64,000 nucleotides of DNA from assembly GCF_964204645.1 (NCBI RefSeq), contig NC_134028.1, positions 22,874,345 to 22,938,344 on the forward strand, written 5' to 3'. The stretch is from Tubulanus polymorphus (lineage: Eukaryota; Animalia; Nemertea). The notes beneath the pieces were generated by a model. The model ran no database searches. It had not been told where the DNA came from and saw only the letters and a list, made by a program, of their open reading frames with translations. Each line of letters starts with the position of its first letter. Position 1 is the stretch's first letter. Made by a program: the position numbers and the translations under genes. Shown piece after piece: positions 37,605-48,209 of this stretch.

Positions 37605-40600
37605 ATTTATAGTGCCTGTATCCACAAAAAATGTGATCAAAGACACTTTTGTACCAGTTATGAAAACAGATGCGTTTTCAGACGGCGCCTGAAAATCGGT
37701 AAGCTGTCAGATGCTCTAATAGAAATGGGGAGCTTATTCCACATACGTGGAACAGCACATGAAAAAGAGCGATCTTCAAACAAGCTCAGCCTGCTTCTAG
37801 GTTGGGACAAAAGGAATTCTCCAGAAGATGTTATACATACTCGGAGAAAAGAGACTGAGTATCCGTGGATCCAGATCCGTTTCCGAAACCGCGTTTACCG
37901 AATCCACCTCCGCGGTTACCGTTTCCACTTCCTCGGTTACCGTTTCCGCTGCCTTGTTTCTGACGGAAACGTTCGTACATATTTCGGCCGCGTGAATCGT
38001 ACGCGCTGGCGCCGTCATCCTCCCAACTCTCCTCGTTTTGGTTCCAGTTACCGGCGCCCCCGCCGAAATTACCGTAATCGCTGCCACCGCCGTAATCATC
38101 GTAACTACCGTAATCATCGCCGTAATCGAAACCGCCGCCCTGGTATCCCCCGCCTCCGTAACGACCTTGACCTCCTCCTCCTCTGTTGAAACCGCCTTGA
38201 AATTCACCCCCATAACCTCTGCGGTTATTCCCGTGGAAGTTTCCTCCTGCGCCGCCACCGCCGTAACCTCCCTGGTTACCTCCGTAGTTACCTCGTCTAC
38301 GACCTCCTCCTCGCCTGCAATAAACATAAAGCCAGTACAACGTTACAATGATATACATATTTGTCTAGGTCTAATGTCTAATGATTGTATATATAACAGA
38401 GAGCTGCTGGTAACGTGTCTTAATTAGGGAATATATCTGTACGTACCCTCTGTTACCCCTGTTGCTGTAATTATCACCGTCGTCCTCAAACTTTCGTTTA
38501 CGATTCAATCTCGGATTTTCATCGTCTGAATAAAAAATATCATCGAATATCATTTGAAGTGGTCGAAACTATGCCGAATGCAGAAGAAACTGACAACATT
38601 CTAACAGTGACTAGTCGTTTAAAAAAAGATTTTCAACAAAGATTGCAGAAGAAGGGTGGGCAAGCAATTCACATCTCGATGCTGCATCAAGTTTGAATCC
38701 AATTTGGAAATATTTCCTAACGCAGGAAAAATCATTTTGTGGTACCCAAGTTTTTCCCAATTTCCTAGTACTCTAGGAACCCTTGATGGACAAAATAGTT
38801 TTTTTCTAATTCGCTGTCTTCAATGCTAGTATCGAACCCCGATGCGCATAGGCTGAAACTAACCAGGAATCGGAGCTCCGGCTTTCAGAACGACTTTCAC
38901 AGTCGGACGCGGGTACTTATCGAGATACGGTTGACACAGTTCTAAACATCGTTTTCTCACTTTAACGTTGCGTTCGGCGATCTCTTCTTTCGATATATTC
39001 GGAACCCACGCTCCGACTCGCAGAACCTCCATGAACACGTCTTTCTCGTTGCGTTTCTGAAAACAAAACAGAAATTATTCAGATATTCATCAGAAATTGG
39101 TGCTAATATCTGAGTGACGAGTAGTTAGGACTGATTCAACTATTCGACTGTATTTCCTATTCTGCTGGACTTTCAGTTTGGTGATATAATTTCCAGGGCC
39201 AGTTGCACAGTTGTGACTCGAGACTAAAAGTGGTCTCAGATTACTAGTTAAATTGATGACTAGGCCCCAGCACCAGTTGCACAGTCATGGCTTATACCTA
39301 AGACAACTCTGAGACCATCTTAGCTATATCGCTTATCAAACAACTTAATACCAGTCTGACCAGATGTCTGACCACTTTTTGAATTTACTTCAGTCATAAC
39401 TGTGGAACTGGGCCCTGGTCAGACCAAAGAGCGAAATGAATAATATATCTCGTTCCAATGCCTATATAATAAGTTTTAATTGACAAGTTTCGTCGATGGG
39501 ATCCAGCTCTATTCAACTTACCAGGTAGCATTTCTTGTGGAAATAATTGTACAAGTGTTGAATAGCCTTTTCTTGGGAGGCGAGTTCCTCGCGACAGATC
39601 ACGCAAAAATATTCCAACTCTCCGCCGGGGTATTGACGCTCGATCAGAAAATCCGACCCTGAAATCACACGTAACAACATAAGTTTGTATCGCATCAAAT
39701 ATATTAACTTCTTGGCCCAATTTTAGTGAAAAGTGAAATTTAACTGTATACATAGAATTGAGCTCATTTCAATTGAATATCTTAACTTCTGATCCAATTC
39801 CACAGTTCTAGGTTACTGGTAAGTTTGACCCAAAATTGTGTTAATTTCCAGCTTTTTAGAGTAAAGTTAGAGCCTAGAACTCAACGCAGTGAGGAAGTAC
39901 TGAACCAAGGGAAGTTTGACCCAAAAAGGTTTAGTTCTGAATACTGGTACTTTCAGAGTTCATACACTCACCGAGTATATCCCTCTTGCAGTTTTCCAGT
40001 TTATCTTGAATTTGAGCTTTGACATCCAATTCCAACTCGAATTTCATCATCGCATCCGGAACTGTGGTTCCTCGATTGTTTTCTTCTTTCTGCAATAAAA
40101 CATAAGAACAATCGTCAGGAGGCAAAACAATTGAGCGCTAGTAATGACTAGGCTAGGTTTATTACTTTTAGCTGGGCTAGGTTTATTACTTTCGGCTAGA
40201 CTTGGCTTATTACTTTTGGCTAGACTGGGTTTATCACTTTCGACTAGACTGGGTTTATTCAACTCTAACAACCCAGAATTCAGTTCCAACATTTCTCACT
40301 CGATAATTCTGATATTGGTTCAGTTCGAATGTTTTAACTCTCATATTCGAGTCAATCTTAGCGAGAACCGAGGAACTGAATCGAGGCTCCACAGCCCCCT
40401 GTTTCATGATCCGATAAAACCTAACTTACCGAATATTTCGCCTCCATTTTCGATTCGTACTCCTCGCCGAGGAAGAATCGCGTTTTGATTTTGTGACGTT
40501 TGAAGAACTGTGGCGCGTTGTCGCGTACGTATTGACGGGCCTCGTCCTGAGCTAGACGCGGCCTCGATCCGGCCGGTCGCGTCTCGTTAAACATCGTCAC

Positions 40601-43600
40601 GCTCTGACACACAGCATCGCACGCTTCCTGATTCAGCTTTTTCTGCGAAATTAAATTCAGAAATTTGAGGGCGAAATGTGATTTTGAAATAAAGAATAAA
40701 ACCACATGGTCCAAAGTTATAGGGTTGAGGCAAAAGTAAAATCCCTTTTTAAGCACTTTTGTTTGGCAAAAGTGACACTTTTCTTATCATCAGTGTTTTC
40801 AATAAGAGCCAGGTCCCAGGTCCGTCTGTCGTTTGTAAAAGACCCGCCTGTTTTTTCAAACCAGCTTTCATTTCCGGGACTATTATGGGACCCTCCTCAT
40901 TTCCGGGACTATTATGGGACCCTCCTGTTTTTCGAAGGGACCTGGCTTGTTAATTTCTTATTGAAAACACTGATCATCATCCAAATCCACAACAGAAATT
41001 GTCAATTTATGATCAGTGGTCTATAAACATGGGAAAAATGGATTAGAAATGGAGGACAGCAATATGTTGATACAGGCAGTTATATTGTCATCACATATAT
41101 AGTGTCCAAGAAAGTAATTTGGGATACCAAATGTTAATAGTACCGGTATTGGTAAGCTCTTTGTAAACACTCGTTCAAATTTTGTGAAAAACATTTTCTA
41201 AGGGCCAACATAATTTTCAAACAATTTGGAGACTTGCTATGAACCCCGAACTATCGTATTTTAAAGATTATCCTCTCGGTCGTGAGAAACCCTTACGAGA
41301 AAATCCCGGTACGACGAAACCCACAACTCACCAGCGCGTAGAAACAGTGTTTGTTCGTTTTCAAATGTTTGACCATCTCGTCACCAGAAATGGCGTTCTT
41401 CTTCGTGATGTGACACGCCGTGCAACAATACGAGATTCGAAAGTCGTCGAAACTTTCGCAATTCACGCATTCGTGGACCAAATTCAATCCTTAAATCAGA
41501 TATATATTAATATTACGTTCAGAGTTTATTCAAGCTGATTGGCGGAACGAGTGACAAGAGAAACTACCACAGGGATTTGTAACCCATGAACCATGGACCG
41601 ACGAAAGATCACCAGGGCCCAGTAGCGCAATCCTGACTTACGTAAGTCCAAAAATGGTCTTAAATCCTATGACTGGTTATAAATTGTTAGATTGGCTATA
41701 GAACAGAGTTGGTCTTATATGTAAGCCATGACTGTGCAACCGGCCTCGGCACACGTTTTAATGGACGTAGGTTTTCTACAGGTCTTTTGGATACTCAGCG
41801 ATTATTTTCAATAGTTTAAGCAAGAACTATTGAACTGGGCGCGTGAATCTGTTGTACAGTCAGCTTGGAGACCAGTCTCAAGATTAAATAACATTGTCGG
41901 ACATAGACGAGTCACCACTGCGCGACTGGGCCCCCGGGTCGTCCTGGTTCGTTGCAAGCTTGATAATCCAAGAAATTAACTAACCCGGTACAGGGTCCTT
42001 GATCAAGTTGATTTTATCGACTTCCACCTGAATTTCTGCGTAGATGAACTTTTTCGGTTCGGCTGAAAAAAAGAGCGGCAAAAACTTGCAAATTATTTAC
42101 AGAACCTGAAAAATAAACTACGTACAAAAGCCGGCGTTCAATTTTACACAATCACAATCCAGCACCAATCATCGAAGAGACAATCAGCCTTGAATCTTAA
42201 AGTTGAGGTAAATAGAAACCTCTCATATTTGTAGTAAGCTCGCTTAAGGTTCATTCATGCGTGACCAGAAACTAAATTTTCGGGACATTCTTCTTCATCA
42301 AATTTCAAGGCGATGGTTTCACGGTTTTCTCTTTTTTTCTTATGTATACGACATACATACGCAAAATATACAAGAATCAGAAAATATATGTAAAACATAC
42401 ACATTCTTACCTTCTAAATATCACTGAACACCTTTCCACCAAATTACAACAATTTATAGCAGGCTTTGAACTCTAATGCGCTAACAACAGCTCATAATCA
42501 CCAATATTCTCAAAGTTAAACCCAAGTAACAAATAGGCTATCATCCAAAACGTCTTACGTATTCGGTATCTTTTTAAATTTACCATGCTCGTATTTCACC
42601 CTTTGGAAATAACACCCTAACAACTTTCATACTGGCTAGAGTTAAGCTTTCTATTATAATTCCAAGCACTCACACCAATCAGTGTACAGCCTACTGTAGC
42701 GATTTTTTATTGTGCAAAATGTTTCAAATGCCCTTTAGGTAGGTAACAACACTGTTGACACAGTTGACACGAATTCAAAATTTCCAATATTTTTTCCAAG
42801 TATTTCAAGGGCGATTTTGCAATTTTTCCAAACTGAAATGTAGCCTTAGTAAAAGTGAACACACCATCCATCATACGAAAAGGCACGTCAACATTTCAGG
42901 GTGTTGACTGGTTGATGAAGTTGATTTTCAAGAAAAATTGCCAAAGAAAGTTGCCCCGCGGCGAACAATCGACACCCCGGAACTATGCTGGGTTAAAAGA
43001 GCCCCGATTCAGCAGTTGAAGTTGGGAAGCTGTAGAACCAAGTATGATCGAGATACATATCAAGTTTAGTTCGTGTGTAATGAACCTCTTACCTCCATTT
43101 TCCACCAATAACTTATTCTACAAATAGAAGCAAAAAACCGCGCACATTTTACTACAAGATGACTCGCGCTCCGTAACGCACCGGGTTCATACGTAGGTCT
43201 TAGGTTCAAAGTTCAGAACGTGTCCCCCCCAAGCTTGACGGTCATATTCAATGGTTGTTGAATTTACGCCCGATTGCGCACACCCCGAGTTCACCCAAAT
43301 TTCATCTCTCATAATTCAAGCTTGGGGTTGAACATCAACCAAATAAACGGGGGTGATTTCAAGTGCTGTTGCGACGAACAACGAGACCAAAATCAAAAGG
43401 CATGAATTTTGTTATCCAAAACGAACACGTAGTAGCACGCGACCGTAAGTGGAACTCATGTGGAATAAGTGGATACAATGCGGAACAAGTGGAACTCAAG
43501 TCGACCAAAAATATTCACAGAGAATCATAAACGAAATTTTAGAATTACATCATCTAATTGTTAAGTTTGCACCAAATCTCAAATTGCTACAATTTTTCCA

Positions 43601-46296
43601 TTCGCCGACATAATCATCGCTCGTTGCTAAGACAGCAACCGATGAAGGTTTACGACTGAGAGCGCCCTCTGTGAGAGAGCATTGAAACTACATAACGCGT
43701 GTCTATTTACCAGATAATGTCTTGGACTGTCGACATGGCGATACCACTGCGGATAGGAGATCTCCGCATCACACAACTGCAAAACAGTTATCAGAATAAA
43801 TATTACAGGCTTTACTACTACGGTGTTTAGACGGCAGTCCATAAAGTACAGTCACTAAATTTTGCAGATTTTCAACACCATACATATGCATTGTTCCCAT
43901 AGTTATTATTTCCCTGGTTTCATTTTTTCCAAATGGAAATAGGCCTGCATAAAAATGCAAACTATCAGACGGACATTTAAGTGGTTTCTGGTTGATAAAG
44001 CTGGAGCCAGTTGCTCAAAAGTTGGTTAGATTTAACCAGCCGATCTGATAGTTGACATAGTGAAAATTGAAAGTTCACACTGCTACTATGGCATTCATCC
44101 GCCGATTATCTTCAAACCAACTTTTGAGCACCTGATTTTTTCAGGAAAATTTGTAGCATGACGTTGCACACATGGGAAAACAGTTTTTCCTAATTTCTCA
44201 GTACTGTAGGAACAATGTGCACACCGAGAAATACGATGGAAAGTGCTACATCAATTGCTACTTACGTCACAGTGAGTATAAACTTGAGTGAATTTCTTCC
44301 CTGAAACAGAAACAATTCATACAGTAAAACAAGCTGTTACCCGGTCGATGAACCCAGGAACTGTGAAAAATGGTTCCTCAACCATGAGGACTCTTAAATA
44401 ACATTCATGTAAATACCTCGAGAGTTGATCTTGTACTCGTGCAATTTAAGCTGATGTTCCGGTGACTGCCAGTGAGCTTCCAAAACCTACACTCACAAAA
44501 TTCAACGAAAGAACCTTACATCATTCCACCGGATGATGGCTGTTAGTCAACAGCCGAAACGTTGTGGTTTCGTAATAATAAATTTGATCATATAATTTCA
44601 AATTGGAAGTGTGGGATTTCTTCATTTAAGAACCTTATATTCGTCAAATACACGACAGTTAGGAATCCTGTTATCGAGAATTCCACCAGGTGTCATTAGT
44701 AGTAACACTTCTTCTGCGCTTCAATTTCTTCCCAATCTCAGTCAAAATTGAATGAACTAAGAATTTTCTCTTAATCAGTTATCAACGAAAACTACAGACA
44801 GCAGTAGAACGGTCAATAATCTTCGTTGAGAAAGATTCGTTGAAAACTTACCATCTCATCTTCGACAGGCATTTCATGCATACACAGTTTACAAGTCGCA
44901 GTCGACTTCTTCTCATTGACGTCCATGAGAAAAACTTTAAATTCTGATTCTTCCGGCTCCCTGTAAATATCAAAACTGACGTTAATCAAATATATTTCGT
45001 AATATAATCTATGATGTTTTTTAAAACACGTTCGATGAATAAATGATCCATGAAGCAATCTACTTTTCATTGTTGATTTCTCCTCTGGATGTGCATTAGC
45101 TCAAGCCATTCGCTCTGTCCTGGCCAAAGTAAATGAATGGCATATTTTTTTTGGTGCAATCGGGCTTAGAATAATATGGGACCCCTTCCTTGATTCAGAC
45201 TCACTATTTCAGTCTTCCTAGACGAATCACTGATATCTGGTGTTACAGTTGCTTCATCAGGTACATTATTTCAATCAAAAATGTGAAGTCCTGAACACAT
45301 GTGAAGTGTGGACAATCAGTCTTTGAAAGTGTGCTGATAGAATGTCTAATATATATAGTTCATTTTCAGTCAAAAATGTCTGTGTTGAAGTTATGAATGC
45401 ATGTGAAGTGTGGTAAATCAGTTTTTGAAAGTGTGCTTGTAGTTCATTTTTTGGCACATTCTAACAAGTCTTTGTAACTAACTTACGGAAGATCTTCACC
45501 GACAATGTCTTCATCTTCAGGTTCTTCAAACTTCACCATTTCTTCTGGTTTGGCTATCTACAAAACAATGCGATACACAAACCAAATAGATATTTCTTTT
45601 CATCACAAGGATTTTGTTCAGCAAGCGCAAGAAAATTCTTCAGTGCAAAAACTTACCGGTTCTTTATTGGCTTCCGGTATTACACCAGATTCTGAAATAC
45701 GAAAATTCATATGAAAAGATATCTAAAAAGAATATCAATAACTTCAATCTAACTTATGGATATTCTTAGGCAAATGTTCGACTATATCGAGGTAACAATA
45801 GAATACCTAGTCAGCATTGTCAGTCAGTCAGTCAGTACCGGTAACTGGACTGTGGTTGTCAGTAACTCAGTAACTGGACTGTGCTTTAGGCAGTAACTGG
45901 ACTGTAGGGTTTAGTCAGTAACTGGACTGCGGTTTAGTCACTAACTGGACTGCGATTAAGTCAGTAAGCAGACTGCAGTTTAGTCAGTACTAGACCGCAG
46001 GGTTAAGTTGGTAACTGGACTGCAGTTTAATGAGCAATTAAGTCAGTAACTGGATTGTAGCTTTATTAGCAGTAACCAGGCGATGCTTCAGCAAGTAATT
46101 GGATCAACTCTTTTCAACCCAACTTACCATCGTAGTCACGAAGGAGTTTGAGCAAATCAGTTTTCGCGCCACTTGAATGAATTCCTCGACTGAGGCAGAG
46201 ATCCCGTAGACCGGCTACGGTCATTGTACCGTAATTCACAGCGGTCGCAGCATTGCTCACTGCGGGTTTAGGTGGCTCGATCTCCTCTGGTGACAT
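35861..46296 (-). CDS. Uncharacterised SAP-domain, multi U1/matrin-like zinc finger, RGG/GF-rich protein (paralog B)
   Basis: Approximate exons: 46296-46128 (SAP: MTVAGLRDLCLSRGIHSSGAKTDLLKLL), 45691-45657, 45557-45487, 44960-44853, 44486-44416, 44301-44266, 43778-43713, 43118-43094, 42062-41985, 41490-41332, 40642-40429, 40089-39972, 39658-39523, 39056-38864, 38525-38447, 38313-37862, 36953-36532, 35980-35861. Fingers: CKLC..HWQSPEH, CDLC..HVDSPRH, CTAC..HLKTNKH, CVIC..HLYNYFH. Likely non-coding first exon near 47251-47330. Confidence 0.85.
37073..37497. mobile_element. piggyBac-like MITE with a nested ~130-bp MITE (~37119-37246)
   Basis: TTAA flanks and TIR ccctttcagtgc/gcactgaaagg; interior matches 26722-27001 except for an insert with ends ccagtttcaca...tgtgaaacagg. 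Confidence 0.7.
37568..37830 (-). mobile_element. 3' fragment of an L2/CR1-clade LINE
   Basis: Minus-strand translation EDRSFSCAVPRMWNKLPISIRASDSLPIFRRRLKTHLF, typical of an L2 ORF2 C-terminus, followed by a (TAA)n tail. Confidence 0.8.
45830..46100. repeat. Degenerate ~25-bp minisatellite (cagtaactggactg core) directly after the SAP exon of paralog B
   Basis: About 10 imperfect copies. Confidence 0.75.
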
Positions 46297-48209
46297 CGAG
46301 CTCAAGCTGAAAAATTATAATGAGTAAAGTCAAGCATAATGGTGGCTGATGATACAAACCGTCACCATACATAAATTCCCAACAATATTTCTCATCTATT
46401 ACGAGAATCATTTTGACATTACTGTCGTGGGTAAATACGACACTTTTAGCGTATTAGTTCCCAAAAACTAAATCTGCGTTATGGTTAGGTGATAAAATTG
46501 TTGTTTTTAACATCATTATCCCAAATTTAGTTAGGGGCCGAAACATTAAATATATTTCTCTTCAGTGAAATATCAATTTGGGTATATGGCACGGGAATTC
46601 CAAATGTCTCCATTTTTCACTAAAAAAACACCGCAATTTAGTCATAACTCTAGGCGTTTTTATCTAAGCAACTTGTATCAAATTGCTTAACTCCGTCCAT
46701 TACTATCACGTGGTATAAATTGAATCGCCCTAAATAAATTACCCTACTCTCTAGAACACGAAGCTGAATTTTCTGCGATTGAAAAGGCTGCCATTTTCTT
46801 TTTGGATCTAGACTATAGGCAGGCCTAGTTGAACGCTAATTATCGAGGTGTCATCGTGCAAATCAAATCCGAGCGTCTCGTACTTTGGTTAAGTAAATGG
46901 AAGATTTGATCCGTGTTGATTCGAGTTGCTTAAATAAAAACGCCTTTGCCAATATTAATGAATAAAAAAAGCTTTGATGAGGAGAGAATCCCACAATGAT
47001 AATAAAAAGTCCGAAAATGAAACTTCGAGATAGTAGTTTATTTCAACGTTTCGACTATATCCTAATAGTCATCTTCAGGAATAATGAAGCTTTGAATAGA
47101 TTTGAATTTAATTGTCGACTATTTCTTGCATTTGTTACTCGGATTTCTTGCTTATGAATGAATTTCAATAACATTTCGCGGGTAACACACCCGAAATTTT
47201 GCATCACTAAGATTTGAAAACAAAATTAGTTCAGTTTTATGATGCACATACCTCGCTAAAGCGTCCGCAACGCCGAACATTTTGAATTCTTCACTTTTCA
47301 CGGATATGGTCAGATATGGTGCCGGTGGCCGATTCGGTTTTCGTAGTTCTCAATTTATATTAAACCGCAACTCACTTATCAGCAGGTTCGAGTCACACAT
47401 TATGCGATGGGCTTTTGAAATAAATTCTCTAGAAGAATCAAATTTTCCTTCTTCAATCATTTTATCTTCGTAACTTGATAATAATTTCACATACCATCTT
47501 AAAACCAAAAAGCCTCTCAATCAATATCAATCAAAGATGCTTTCGATTTATATATATACTGATTTTAAGACGGTCTATCCTTGTAAAATTTGTGTATAGT
47601 TTACAAAGGAATACATAATTGAAAAAGGAAAAATAGATCTTTGAGAATTTCAATCATATAGTTCCATCGCTCAACAGGACTCGAACCTGATAGGGCACTT
47701 AAGTTGAATCTAAATTGAAAACCATGATGGCCGAAATTTGTATCCTGCACATCCGATATAGACAATCCTGTATTGTACTGTCTTGCGCCACTTAGTAATC
47801 CTCTTAAATCATGTTTCTATGTGATGAATTTTCAAAAATCGCCTGTTAGATAGAAACCCTACGACTATTAAGCCGTTATCATTACCGACAACACCAGCCT
47901 CAAGACAACCAAGTTGTTAACAACATGATTTACAAGCCAACAAGGTAAAATGAAATATGGAATGGAAGATAGAATCTGAATCAGAATTGTTTATATTGAC
48001 ATGTTTTGTTGTTATCAGTAAGTAAATTAGTAATCTTTAGTTGTTGACATATTCATTTGATTTTGAATTGTAGATGATTTTGCAGGCAGCAGCAATAGTA
48101 ATATCTTGCACTCGTTAAATCAGCATTTATCAGTTTATCAATATATAAGCAGAGAATAATAGAGATGATGTCAACGACAGAGGAGTAGTAATAGAGTCCA
48201 GTGATAACG

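Noticed and set aside
36508-38427. Alternate-frame and antisense ORFs over the G-rich exons
   Set aside because: Shadows of low-complexity coding sequence; only the G/N/F frame joins the spliced gene.
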